Shown piece by piece: positions 47,709 to 57,961 of a DNA stretch of 64,000 bases. The translations under genes and the position numbers were made by a program. This DNA comes from an uncultured archaeon. Lineage in GTDB: Archaea; Asgardarchaeota; Thorarchaeia; Thorarchaeales; Thorarchaeaceae. The stretch lies in NCBI GenBank assembly GCA_964558645.1, contig CAZLEV010000005.1:175321-239320 (forward strand). Reading direction: 5' to 3'. The notes under the pieces are model-generated. The model had not been told where the DNA came from, did no database searches, and saw nothing but the letters and a program-made list of their open reading frames with translations. Each line of letters opens with the position of its first letter. The first letter of the stretch is position 1.

Positions 47709-50096
47709 TTGTTTCGTACAATGGGGCACAGACATTCAAGAGAGATACATTTACTCGTTCTGTTCCTCTGGATTGCAACTGGGTTCATGGTCTTCGTCCC
47801 GGGTCAGGTAAGGGCAGCGCCCCTTGATGCCCTCATGAACAAGGTGCGACCCACCGCATGTGGGAGATTCTTCGAGGATACCACGCTGTGTATCGGTGTT
47901 GAGCTTGAGAATGCCCTCTCCTCGCCGGTCTCGCTGCGGGCCAATCTCACCTTCCCCTTGAACTTCACACAACGCATCGAGAACCTCACAAGAACGTCTA
48001 CGCAGCCGTACTTCACCCATGGAATCAGCGGGGCCACCGGCAACTGCACATACATCCCTGCGAACGCATCAGCTCGTTCGATCTTCTCCTTTCCAACCAA
48101 TGGCTCCTTCCTGGAGAGCGAGTACTACAACCTGGAACTCCAGTGGAAGACCATCCACGGTCTCGAGGACGAGGCATCGGAGAACCTCGAATATACCCAG
48201 AGCTTCAATGTCACTCCCTTCGAGTGGATAGACCAGGAAACCATGCAGCCAAAGGTCGAGGATGGAGGACTGAGAACAGACCCGTTTGATCTCCGGATAA
48301 CCAATGTGCTTCTTACTGCTGCTCTCTTCTACAAGGGGGATTCCGTTTCAGCGCGAGTCACTGTCCATAACTATGGTCTCTACGGCATGAAACCCTATCT
48401 GAAGGCCCAAGTCAGAGAGACCAGCGGTCTCTACATCGGATTCGACAGAGGGGTGTGGTCGCACTACGGTGACGGGGTTGATATGCAGTTGTATGTCAAC
48501 CCGGGAGACACCTACACGTTCGACTTCGAGTTCGGGCCAGTACTCTATGATGACACGCGGGGCATCTGGGCACTCAATGGCCGACTTGATACGGAAGACC
48601 CGAATGACTTCAATGCCAAATCAATCGTGTACAATCTGTACGAGGTCCAGCTCAGAGGTTGGTGGCTGTATACCTTCTACACCACTCACACCTTTACCTG
48701 CAGCCGGCACTTCTACGTACAGCAGTCGTTTGGCACCAAGAGAATCTTTGCCGCCGTTGTCGACGACGAAACATTTCCATCCTACTTGGACGCTGCAGAG
48801 ATCTACGAGCTTGTGGTGACATCAGACCTTCGTATCGGCGAGGGCGACAACCTAGGGCCCTGGACCACCTTTGAGGAGGCCTTCAGCCTAGACTTCAGGT
48901 TCTACACCGTAGGGCGATACAATTGGCATGACAGCCTGCATGGTGTGGCTGGGTCCGGAGATGCGTTACGGAACACGGCCCATGCCCTGGGAGAGGGGTT
49001 GAACCTCGGTGGCAATTGGGTCAGTGAATCCACCAATCATCCCTCTGGAGTGGACTACGATTACGGCTATACCCAGCGTGAGAATCATGGGTTTGACGTA
49101 GGTCTGGGATTCATGACTGCGGGATTCGAAACCAACAATGGGGAGGGAAACGCGGTCCAAAAGGGTTCTCTCGCAGTCGCAATGGGCACGCTGGCTTTTG
49201 ACCTGGATCGCGTGATGGAGTGTGCGCTGCATGAGATCTGCCATCTCTTCGGGGCAATCCACGGTGACGAGTACGGGGCTGATAGTTTCGGACCACAGGA
49301 GGACGGTGATGGATACACCTACGTGATGGCGGGCAGTACGGGAAACGACTTGGGCGACCCACCAGGATGGAGGATGCACACCTACACGCAGCAGAGGATC
49401 ACCGAACACAACCACCTGCAGAAGTTCGACGGGGCCCCGTACCCAATGTTCCTGTCAAACCTCTGGTATGGCCAGCGTTTCTGCTACGTGCTGATGAATG
49501 CTAACCAGCCAAGTGAGCCCGTGCTGAAACTGAAACTCGACGGTCTCTATCACTGGGGATACAACAGCTATTACTATGACAGGTTCTCTGTCACAGATAG
49601 CTTCGACTTGGGAGTGGAACCACCCGGAGGTCAGAGAGCCATCATCACGAAGCACATAGATGCGGACTGCTCGTATCCGGACCCCGGATTCGCGGGTTTC
49701 TATGTGGCTTACAAGCTGTACTGGGAGTCCGACTACTGGCCCTCGGGATTTGATCCGGCTCAAGGAATGAAACTGAATGTGCGATACTGGTCGTGGCAGG
49801 ACAGCGGCACCACCAACTCTGTGGTGGACAACGTGAGGATGCGGGTCATCTCTCATCGATCCGGTGTCCCAGCAGAGTACTACTTTGCCACCTTTGAGGC
49901 CAACAGCCCTTCCGGGGGTTGGAAGAACTGTCACCAGCAATGGGCGGAGCAGGACGCACTGCAAAACATTGACTTATCTGATTCAACAGTCTATCTTTTG
50001 CTAGGCTTCTATGATGCATGGTCGGCGGACTGGGAACAGGAGCTGAAGGTATATCCGACATTGATGAGGTTCAGATACGAATGGAACGGTTGGTAA
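47709..50096 (+). CDS. Secreted metzincin-type zinc metalloprotease with flanking beta-rich domains
   Basis: Signal peptide; HEICHLFGAIH (HExxHxxGxxH) and Met-turn YVMA. Confidence 0.8.
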   Translation: MFRTMGHRHSREIHLLVLFLWIATGFMVFVPGQVRAAPLDALMNKVRPTACGRFFEDTTLCIGVELENALSSPVSLRANLTFPLNFTQRIENLTRTSTQPYFTHGISGATGNCTYIPANASARSIFSFPTNGSFLESEYYNLELQWKTIHGLEDEASENLEYTQSFNVTPFEWIDQETMQPKVEDGGLRTDPFDLRITNVLLTAALFYKGDSVSARVTVHNYGLYGMKPYLKAQVRETSGLYIGFDRGVWSHYGDGVDMQLYVNPGDTYTFDFEFGPVLYDDTRGIWALNGRLDTEDPNDFNAKSIVYNLYEVQLRGWWLYTFYTTHTFTCSRHFYVQQSFGTKRIFAAVVDDETFPSYLDAAEIYELVVTSDLRIGEGDNLGPWTTFEEAFSLDFRFYTVGRYNWHDSLHGVAGSGDALRNTAHALGEGLNLGGNWVSESTNHPSGVDYDYGYTQRENHGFDVGLGFMTAGFETNNGEGNAVQKGSLAVAMGTLAFDLDRVMECALHEICHLFGAIHGDEYGADSFGPQEDGDGYTYVMAGSTGNDLGDPPGWRMHTYTQQRITEHNHLQKFDGAPYPMFLSNLWYGQRFCYVLMNANQPSEPVLKLKLDGLYHWGYNSYYYDRFSVTDSFDLGVEPPGGQRAIITKHIDADCSYPDPGFAGFYVAYKLYWESDYWPSGFDPAQGMKLNVRYWSWQDSGTTNSVVDNVRMRVISHRSGVPAEYYFATFEANSPSGGWKNCHQQWAEQDALQNIDLSDSTVYLLLGFYDAWSADWEQELKVYPTLMRFRYEWNGW

Positions 50097-50101
50097 ACGC
50101 A

Positions 50102-50719
50102 ATGAGGACAACCAGGTATATTGCAGTCATCTTTCTGATAGTCATTGCTGGTCTGCTTAGTTTGCCGACGTGCAAAGAATCGAGAGGCTTCCTTAGAACA
50201 AGCACATCTTACCACTCTCAGTTCAGTCTACAGAACGAAACCATATTTCAGAACTACACCTACGATAATGCCTATACTTGGAGTCAATCATGTGTGCCTT
50301 GGGTGTTCATAGACGTGGTTGACCCCAATGACGTGGCGGCCGTCTGGTTTACCTACAGACAGTCCAACGAGAGTACCACACAGAAAGGAGATATGGCGCC
50401 ATCCATCTTTGGCACCAACGGATGGGATGGCAGCTTTCGGGTCAATGTCAGTGAGCGCGAGACCATCTTCGTCGTCCGGTTCTATGCCAACGACACCCTA
50501 GGCAACATGGCATCCTCGTCAGAGTATACTCTCCTGGTCACCTATGACCCCTATGAGCCGTGTCCCACAACCTCCACAACCACCACCACGACAACCACAA
50601 CAACATTCCCCGATGGCTCGCTCGATCCGCGCTATCTCGTCTTCCTGGCGGTGCTGGGCTTGTCGGTGGTCATCATTGCTGGTGTGATCCTTCAATGGAG
50701 GAAACCTCCTGCGTCATGA
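50102..50719 (+). CDS. Surface-anchored protein: signal peptide, Ig-like domain, poly-Thr linker, C-terminal TM
   Basis: RFYANDTLGN Ig-like end, TTSTTTTTTTTTT linker, TM helix followed by RK. Confidence 0.75.
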   Translation: MRTTRYIAVIFLIVIAGLLSLPTCKESRGFLRTSTSYHSQFSLQNETIFQNYTYDNAYTWSQSCVPWVFIDVVDPNDVAAVWFTYRQSNESTTQKGDMAPSIFGTNGWDGSFRVNVSERETIFVVRFYANDTLGNMASSSEYTLLVTYDPYEPCPTTSTTTTTTTTTTFPDGSLDPRYLVFLAVLGLSVVIIAGVILQWRKPPAS

Positions 50720-51037
50720 ACTCCCAGAGAGGGGGCTCATGGAGGTTGAGGACCCAGTGAGCAAAGCCCTAGTCTTGCTAGGAAATCCAGTGGATTCTGG
50801 TGATACTCAACCAACACGAAGTACACGCGAGTCAGTGGAATTCTATCAGTGAAGAATCTTAGCCCATCTTCAGTGGATAGAACCGAGACAACTCTTCGGC
50901 AACCCATATGCCGAGCTGTCCCTCGACACATCAACTCTGCCGTTCCGACAAATGGTACTGCCCAATCCGGAGTTCCGGACCTTCGTCACAATTCCTCCTT
51001 CGAGATTCTGAGGAGAGTCCCCTGAAGATACCACAGG

Positions 51038-51658
51038 ATGTGCCGCATCCTTCATGCCAGGGGAACCCCGACACTGGAGAGGGTAATGATGGAAGCGGTC
51101 TGCGACCTGATTGGTACAGCTAAGGCTCCCACAGATAGGCAGGTGAGACAGCTTGCAGACCGGGAGGACAAGCCAACGGACTTCCCGCGGTGTGCTGAAC
51201 GTCATGCCCTTAGGGACCCTGCAAACCCGGCACTGATGAGCAAGAATCTTCTACTGAACCGCACAGGGGGCACAGGTCTGGAAGGTAGGTATCGAGTCAT
51301 ATTCGGTGAGAACCTGAAAAACTACCAGCCGCCCAGAGGGTATGGCACTCATTCATGGAGATTGTCGAGCAATCTCTGGTCCAAGGTGCTGGACACCATT
51401 CGGTACACGCGACAGACCCTTGGCCACCGCTACGGTGGGATCTGGACGATGAGCCCAGCGCGGATCTCTCAGACCTGCCACCAGTGTGGAGAACGAGGAG
51501 TCCGGGTGGAGCATGACAGTTCCACGAGGGAGAGAAGGGGTGGGGAGTATTTCTACTGTGGGAGGTGTGAGGAGCACTTCCATGCCGATGTGAATGCGGC
51601 ACGAAACATCATTCACGTTCAAGATTGCCAGTCCAGTGCCGTTGCTGGACGGACATGA
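51038..51658 (+). pseudogene. tnpB: TnpB (RNA-guided RuvC nuclease) C-terminal remnant
   Basis: GENLK (RuvC II), SQTCHQCG...FYCGRC Zn-ribbon, HADVNAARNI (RuvC III). The N-terminal part, including RuvC I, is not recognisable. Confidence 0.8.
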
Positions 51659-51707
51659 GTCTGTCCAACTTTGTCCAACTAACAATCAACGGTGCTCCAA
51701 CAGAACA

Positions 51708-53354
51708 CTAGTCACCAGTGTATGGAGTAGAGATACTCTCTTCTTCCATCTTGTCTGGCTTGCTACGCTTTCGCCACTCTTCGATGGGTATACCGAATTC
51801 CTTTTCGAGATGTGCTCGATGGATAGTATTCATTGTGCAGAACGGTATGATTCTGCCGTCGGGAACACCATAGTTGACATCACAGTGCTGAACCCGTTCA
51901 AGATCGAGATTGTAGGGATCCTGGAAGTGCATCATGCCAATCATGATGACACGGTCCATAAACTGCGATAATGAGTTGTAGTCGCCCCGGTTCAAGAATG
52001 CCTTCAGAAGATTGAGCATGACGCCCTTGCGCTTGATATGTCGAATCCCGGCAGCGAGCTTCGCCTTGGCTCTCTTGCTAGCAGCACGCTTCTCGTCGGC
52101 ATACAGATTGGATATTTCCTCGAAAAGCTCGATGAACTTGTCAACATCAATGAGTTCTGTAATGGGTTCATAGGATCCGTCGTCGTCAATATAGAGGAAG
52201 GTGGACATTCCGCATGCAAAATGTGAACTGAGTTCAAGTTGTGGAGAGCCCTTCATGAGACCAAGACCACGTCCCAGGGGCATCATCGCAGGAACTGGAT
52301 ACCATGCATCGGCAGGAATTCGTCCATGGGTCTGTTCCTCAATAAGCTTGATGCAGTCGGGTATCGTTATTCGCATTCTCTGTCTCGCCTCATAGTCAAT
52401 GCGGCCGGTGATACTGACAGGCTGAAAATTCACACAGCGCACAACATCGCTGTTCTTGACTGCAAACTCGACTATGTCACCAAGCTGGTCTTCGTTCACC
52501 CCTCTCACGACGGTAGGTACCAACACAAGAGAGTCTAATCCGACCTCGCGGCAGTTCTCGATAGCCTTCAGTTTCAGAGGGAGGAGATTCGTTCCTCTTG
52601 CCTCTATGTACGGCTCCGGGGTCAATCCGTCAAACTGCATGTAAATCGTTGAAAGACCTGCATCAAGAAGCTCTCGGGTATAATCAAGGCTCTTCCCAAT
52701 TCTGATGACGTTGCTGGCAATCTCCACATGACGGAAACCCAGCTCTTTGGCCCAGCGAATGTAATCTGGAAGATGTCTGCTCACAGTAGGTTCTCCACCA
52801 GCGAATTGAATGGCGGGAGTGGGAACTGGCCTGTTGCTCCTGAGGTTCTTCATCATCTCAAGAACCTCCTCGGGCGTAGGTTCGTAGACAGTGCCAGATT
52901 CAGCTGCGTGTGCAAAACAGATAGGGCACCGTAGATTGCATCTGTTGGTAACATCAAGCAATGCAAGTGCCGTGTGCGACTTGTGCTGTGGACACTGACC
53001 ACAATCATTCGGGCAGCCATCGACGGTCTCAGTTCGAGGATTATCAAGACCCACAGTCTTGTACCAGAACGTCTGGGCCTTCCGCCACATATCTGCATCG
53101 CCCCAGTATACATCAATAAATTCGCCGTGCTTATCACACGTCTTCTTCATCATCACTTTGCCATCTTCTTCGAAGAGTGTGGCATCAATCACCGAAACCT
53201 CATCATGCGCTAGGAAGCATTCAGGACAGATTGACTGGGTGGCATAGGGAAGCTCTCGAATTGCATGTTTCTCAACATGATAACGTGAGATATCCTTGTC
53301 GTCTGTCGTATGGGTGAGGGGCTCTTCGGGGATCGGTTTAATCTCGGACTCCAT
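51708..53354 (-). CDS. tes: Tetraether (GDGT) lipid synthase, radical SAM enzyme (MJ0619/Tes family)
   Basis: N-terminal CPEC...CDKHG, CPNDCGQCPQH, CNLRCPICF SPASM-less radical SAM motif, GGEP, HFACG, C...DGRIIPFC. Confidence 0.85.
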   Translation of the reverse strand: MESEIKPIPEEPLTHTTDDKDISRYHVEKHAIRELPYATQSICPECFLAHDEVSVIDATLFEEDGKVMMKKTCDKHGEFIDVYWGDADMWRKAQTFWYKTVGLDNPRTETVDGCPNDCGQCPQHKSHTALALLDVTNRCNLRCPICFAHAAESGTVYEPTPEEVLEMMKNLRSNRPVPTPAIQFAGGEPTVSRHLPDYIRWAKELGFRHVEIASNVIRIGKSLDYTRELLDAGLSTIYMQFDGLTPEPYIEARGTNLLPLKLKAIENCREVGLDSLVLVPTVVRGVNEDQLGDIVEFAVKNSDVVRCVNFQPVSITGRIDYEARQRMRITIPDCIKLIEEQTHGRIPADAWYPVPAMMPLGRGLGLMKGSPQLELSSHFACGMSTFLYIDDDGSYEPITELIDVDKFIELFEEISNLYADEKRAASKRAKAKLAAGIRHIKRKGVMLNLLKAFLNRGDYNSLSQFMDRVIMIGMMHFQDPYNLDLERVQHCDVNYGVPDGRIIPFCTMNTIHRAHLEKEFGIPIEEWRKRSKPDKMEEESISTPYTGD

Positions 53355-53480
53355 TGTCTATCGCCTCAATTCGGAGTAATACCACCACTGAAAGGAGTGG
53401 TATTCTACATCTTTGCGGGCCAGATAATCAATATAACCTTTGTCCGAAGTTTCAGAGTATGAATCAAAGGACTATCCGAT

Positions 53481-53801
53481 TCATATGGATTCCATGTCTA
53501 GGACATATCCTTCACGAAAACCGCCCCGTTTGCGTTTCTTCTCCTCTCGCAAGTCCTCAATCTGGTCAAGTCCAAGACCTCGGTGATTAAGCAAGGCGTT
53601 GATTGCTTCAAGGATATCAGCGATCTCTGTTTCGTCCCCCGAGTCGAGAAGCTCAACAGCCTCCTCCACAATCTTGTGTCGGATGAGCTTGTCTAGCTCC
53701 TCGTCAAGGGCCCTTCTCACAGAGGGAGAACCACCATCATCTCGGATGATCCGAGGAATGAAGTCACGAACCAACTTCTCATCGGGCAACCTAGGCACCA
53801 T
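53481..53801 (-). CDS. MazG/HisE-like nucleoside triphosphate pyrophosphohydrolase
   Basis: KLVRD.IP.II, K..EEA.E, EIADILEAI, K.RKRGGF. Start uncertain (53789 or 53801). Confidence 0.85.
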   Translation of the reverse strand: MVPRLPDEKLVRDFIPRIIRDDGGSPSVRRALDEELDKLIRHKIVEEAVELLDSGDETEIADILEAINALLNHRGLGLDQIEDLREEKKRKRGGFREGYVLDMESI

Positions 53802-54480
53802 CTTCTGCGCGGCCAATTACCTGGGCAACTTCCATATGATCTCTAGCAAGGTCAAAGAAACTATCCATCACTGCCTGTATCTCTTGGGGAGGATTGCTGC
53901 TCCAAGGCTTCATTGCCCCACGCGTGATATCTTCTGTCATGGACTCAAATGCAAGATACTTCAGGTTGCGTTCATCATCAACCGACACAGTTCCCATCCA
54001 TTGTCCATCTTTGATGAGCTGGTATGTTGGCAATAGGTCTTGAAGTGAATCAGGGACAATCGCATCCCAGAAGACGGAGTAACCCTTGAACTGCCCCGAC
54101 TGTCCGAGTGCAATTGTATACGTGTCCATCTTCGCTACAGCGCCCTCAATCCTATAGAGAATACCAATCCGGCAGTTAAGACATTGATTGAACTCGAGGC
54201 CATCTCCTGATGGATCCGTATAGGCAATCCCATTCTTCTCCACGTTGTCATCGTTACAGTGTGGACAGAGATTCATTCCCCAGCGTACCTCAACATGATC
54301 TTCAAATGGGCCCTCTAGAAATCGTTGCCGGGCTTCTTGGAAAGCTTCCTGAACAGCATCTTGGCCTTCTGTTTCCATCTTCTTCCTCACTATGCTCCAG
54401 ACTTCCAGTAGATCCTGCCACCTTACATTGAGGATGGTATCAGCCAGTTGGTCCAGAGACTTCTCTTCTAACGCACTCAT
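53791..54480 (-). CDS. Hypothetical protein with a Zn-ribbon
   Basis: CPHC...CLNC; co-oriented with and abutting the downstream gene. Confidence 0.65.
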   Translation of the reverse strand: MSALEEKSLDQLADTILNVRWQDLLEVWSIVRKKMETEGQDAVQEAFQEARQRFLEGPFEDHVEVRWGMNLCPHCNDDNVEKNGIAYTDPSGDGLEFNQCLNCRIGILYRIEGAVAKMDTYTIALGQSGQFKGYSVFWDAIVPDSLQDLLPTYQLIKDGQWMGTVSVDDERNLKYLAFESMTEDITRGAMKPWSSNPPQEIQAVMDSFFDLARDHMEVAQVIGRAEDGA

Positions 54481-54759
54481 TCAGTTCACCTTATACTTTG
54501 AGCCTCACGAACAGGTTTGTGGAACTTTCAATTAAGTCTTCATCGATTGCATCTCATGGTCAACTAACGCTAGCCTAACCTTTTTAACGAAGATAATTCT
54601 GTTCGGACAAAGAGCCCAACAGGTGATACAAGGATGGATTGTCAAATCATATAGGAACGAAAAGACATCTCCTGATTCATTCCATCCTCCATTCCTGCGA
54701 TCAATGGTCTCCGGGCACCGTTCTTATTCATCATACAAGCAAAATGAGAGGATACTACA

Positions 54760-57700
54760 ATGAGCCCCCTTGCAAAGCGATATGACCCCAAAACTGTTGA
54801 GGATGAGATCCTTGAATTCTGGCAATCGAAGCGCATCTATGAGAAGACCATAGAACTGAGAAGTGATGGGCCAAGATGGAATTTCCTTGAGGGGCCACCA
54901 ACAACTAACGGATTCATGCACGTCGGTCATGCACGGGGGCGTGCAATCAAAGACACTCAGTTGCGATACATGACCATGAAGGGTTTCAATGTGTGGCGTC
55001 GTGGTGGGTGGGATATGCAAGGCCTTCCTGTCGAGCTCGAAGTTGAGAAGAATGAAGACATAGCTCAGAAGGGAGATATAGAGACCTCCCTGGGCCTAGA
55101 CCTCTTTGTGGAGAAGTGCAAAGACCTAGTAGACTTCTATCTGGAGAGATGGGTCAATGATTCTATCAGATTAGGTCTATGGCTTGACTATGAGAATGCA
55201 TATCAGACAAGGCGGGACAGTTACATAGAGCACGTCTGGCATTTTCTGAAGCTGGCTGACGCTAAGGGACTCCTCGGCAGAGGATATCGTGTCAATCCCA
55301 CATGCCCCAGATGTGTGACAGCACTCTCAGGGCACGAAGTGTCTCAGGGATACGCGACCAAGGTCGATCCCTCAATATACGTGAAGTTCAAGCTCGTGGA
55401 TAGAGAGAACGAATACTTGGTCATATGGACAACAACACCCTTTACGCTGATCTCGAATGAGATGGTGACGGTGCATCCCAACTACGAGTATGTCAAAGTC
55501 AGTGTTGGTAACGAGTATTGGTGGGTTGTCGAAGATCTTCTAGAAACGGTTATGGAGAAAGCTGGCGTAGTGGAATACAGAGTCGAAGATAGACTTGACG
55601 GCAGGGAGATGCAGGGGTGGAAATACGAGCACCCCTTTAGGGATGAGGTGCCTTGGCACCAGAACCGATCTGAGAGGTTCATGCATGCAGTGGTGACGGG
55701 ACATCATGTTACGGTCGAGGAAGGGACGGGGCTTGTTCACACTGCTCCAGGCTTCGGACCAGATGACTTCGAGATGGGAAAGGAGTATGATGTTCCCGTC
55801 TTTTGCCCTGTGACCCGATCCGGGAAGTTCACTGAAGAAGTACCCATGTTCGAGGGCAAGTATGTGTTCGACACAAATGCCGAAGTGCCCGTATTGCTCA
55901 CCAAGAAGGGTCTACTTATACATCAAGAAACACTAGAACACGAGTATCCCCATTGCTGGAGATGTGACACACCACTGGTGTATCTCGCGGATAGCAATCA
56001 ATGGTTCCTAAAGATGAAAGGAGTCAGAGAGAAGCTGGTCGAACACAACTCTTCAATAGAGTGGACTCCAGAGTGGGCCGGCAGCGGAAGATTTGGGGAC
56101 TGGCTCGCCAATGCTGATGACTGGTGCATATCTCGCTCCCGCATATGGGGCTCACCGCTTCCCGTCTGGGTCTGCGATGATTGTCAGAGCGAGGTCGTAG
56201 TCGGGTCAAGAGATGAACTGAAAGAACTTGCAAAGGAGTTCCCGGAGGAGTTCGAGATGCACCGTCCATGGGTTGACAGGGTCGTACTTGAATGTCACGC
56301 GTGTGGCGGAGATATGCATCGGGAACCCTTCGTCACAGACTGCTGGCTTGATTCTGGAATGGCACACTCTGCAAGTGTTGATTATCTTGACAACAAGGCC
56401 CTATTCAACGAGCTCTTCCCCTACGACTTCATCACAGAAGCAGTGGACCAGTCCAGGGGTTGGTTCTACAGCCTGCTGTATACCTCGGTGGTTATGCATG
56501 AGAAGGCCCCATTCAAGGCCTGCGTGAGCCAGGGTCACGTACTAGACGAGGACGGAGGCAAGATGAGCAAGTCTAGAGGGAACGTAGTATGGATGAACGA
56601 TGCCTTCGATGAAGTCGGAGCAGATCCCTTCAGAATCTTCGTTATGAGTCGTGCAGCTCCGTGGACTCGGATGAACTACAATCGGAAGGAGATCGAGCTG
56701 ACCCAGAAGAACCTTGATGTCCTCTGGAATGTCGTTCTATTTGCCGAAACATACATGGACCTGGATAAGTTTAGTTTCAATGAAGAACGGATGAGGGCCT
56801 CATTAAGTGACGCAGAACCTGAGGACAAGTGGCTACTATCCCGAGTGCAAAGCGTCACCAAGACATTCCGCGAACAGATGGAGAGCTTTCTCTACCATCG
56901 GGCAGCCAGAGCTCTGCTTGAATTCATGAGCGAAGACTTGAGCAGAGTGTATCTTCCACTGGTGAAGAAACGTGTCTGGCTCGATAGTGATAACCCGAAG
57001 AAGGTTATGGCTTACGACGTTCTCTACTTTGCCCTGAAGACTCTGATAGAACTGCTCAACCCCCTCACGCCATTTCTGTCAGAGAAGATACACCGAGACT
57101 TTCTGACTCGATTCGGAGAGGGACTTCCCGAGTCAGTGAATATGGCGGACATGCCATCAGTTGATGAATCCCTCCTAGACCCTGAAACGGAAGCCACTTT
57201 CGTTGTTCTTCAGGAGCTTCGTAGTGCGGCAAGTCACGCTCGGAACAAGAAAGGTGTCAAACTCAGACATCCGGTTGCGAAGGTCATGCTTGTTCCCGAC
57301 TCTGAAGATATAGCAGCACGTGCAAGAAGTCTAGCGGATCTTCTTCTTGACGACCTTAACACTCGAGAGTTCGAAGTAGTTGAGTCCGACTTGATGGAGG
57401 ATTTCGTGCAACTTACCGTGAAACCCAATTACAAGGCCCTTGGTCCCAGATTGAAGGACAAGATGAAGGATTTGGTCAAAGTGTTGGACACGCTTGATGC
57501 TGAAGAATTGAGAGGGCACTTGGAAGAGGGAGAGGCAACCATCGAGTTAGACGACACAACCGTAACTCTCCAACCCGGAGACGTTGAATTCGAGGAGACC
57601 ATGCCGGAGGGACTGAGTTCGTCAGATAGCAAGGTTGGAAGGGTATTTGTCGACGTCACTAGGACCCAGAACCTCGAAGCAGAGGGTCTTGTAAGGGATG

Positions 57701-57957
57701 TCACACGTCGAGTACAAGTCATGAGGAAAGAGCTGGATTTGAAAGTTGAGCAGACCATAGATCTACTGATCAAGTTCTCCGATGATGAGTCAGTCGAGCT
57801 TGCCGAGATGTTCGAGGAATACCTAGCCAACGAAACAAGATCCGATGAACTCAGACTCATTGGACCCAAGTCTAAGATTGACTGGGGAGAGTATGAATAT
57901 GTCAAGGATTGGGAAGTAGATGACCTGACCTTGAAGATAGGCATGAATCCGAAGTGA
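54760..57957 (+). CDS. ileS: Isoleucine--tRNA ligase (archaeal/eukaryotic type)
   Basis: GPPTTNG..HVGH, WTTTP, GTGLVH.APG.G, DWCISRSR.WG, KMSKS. Confidence 0.97.
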   Translation: MSPLAKRYDPKTVEDEILEFWQSKRIYEKTIELRSDGPRWNFLEGPPTTNGFMHVGHARGRAIKDTQLRYMTMKGFNVWRRGGWDMQGLPVELEVEKNEDIAQKGDIETSLGLDLFVEKCKDLVDFYLERWVNDSIRLGLWLDYENAYQTRRDSYIEHVWHFLKLADAKGLLGRGYRVNPTCPRCVTALSGHEVSQGYATKVDPSIYVKFKLVDRENEYLVIWTTTPFTLISNEMVTVHPNYEYVKVSVGNEYWWVVEDLLETVMEKAGVVEYRVEDRLDGREMQGWKYEHPFRDEVPWHQNRSERFMHAVVTGHHVTVEEGTGLVHTAPGFGPDDFEMGKEYDVPVFCPVTRSGKFTEEVPMFEGKYVFDTNAEVPVLLTKKGLLIHQETLEHEYPHCWRCDTPLVYLADSNQWFLKMKGVREKLVEHNSSIEWTPEWAGSGRFGDWLANADDWCISRSRIWGSPLPVWVCDDCQSEVVVGSRDELKELAKEFPEEFEMHRPWVDRVVLECHACGGDMHREPFVTDCWLDSGMAHSASVDYLDNKALFNELFPYDFITEAVDQSRGWFYSLLYTSVVMHEKAPFKACVSQGHVLDEDGGKMSKSRGNVVWMNDAFDEVGADPFRIFVMSRAAPWTRMNYNRKEIELTQKNLDVLWNVVLFAETYMDLDKFSFNEERMRASLSDAEPEDKWLLSRVQSVTKTFREQMESFLYHRAARALLEFMSEDLSRVYLPLVKKRVWLDSDNPKKVMAYDVLYFALKTLIELLNPLTPFLSEKIHRDFLTRFGEGLPESVNMADMPSVDESLLDPETEATFVVLQELRSAASHARNKKGVKLRHPVAKVMLVPDSEDIAARARSLADLLLDDLNTREFEVVESDLMEDFVQLTVKPNYKALGPRLKDKMKDLVKVLDTLDAEELRGHLEEGEATIELDDTTVTLQPGDVEFEETMPEGLSSSDSKVGRVFVDVTRTQNLEAEGLVRDVTRRVQVMRKELDLKVEQTIDLLIKFSDDESVELAEMFEEYLANETRSDELRLIGPKSKIDWGEYEYVKDWEVDDLTLKIGMNPK

Positions 57958-57961
57958 ATGA

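Larger units (their letters stand above)
46805..51692 (+). mobile_element. Decayed IS607-family element enclosing cargo genes (boundaries approximate)
   Basis: tnpA remnant at left and tnpB remnant at right. Subterminal tandem repeats are inverted between the ends: 46813-46832 AGTGGGACAGAGTTGGACAT versus the reverse complement of 51661-51680 AGTTGGACAAAGTTGGACAG (17/20 identical). Confidence 0.75.

Noticed and set aside
50567-50606. ACN trinucleotide repeat
   Set aside because: It simply encodes a poly-Thr linker typical of glycosylated archaeal surface proteins.
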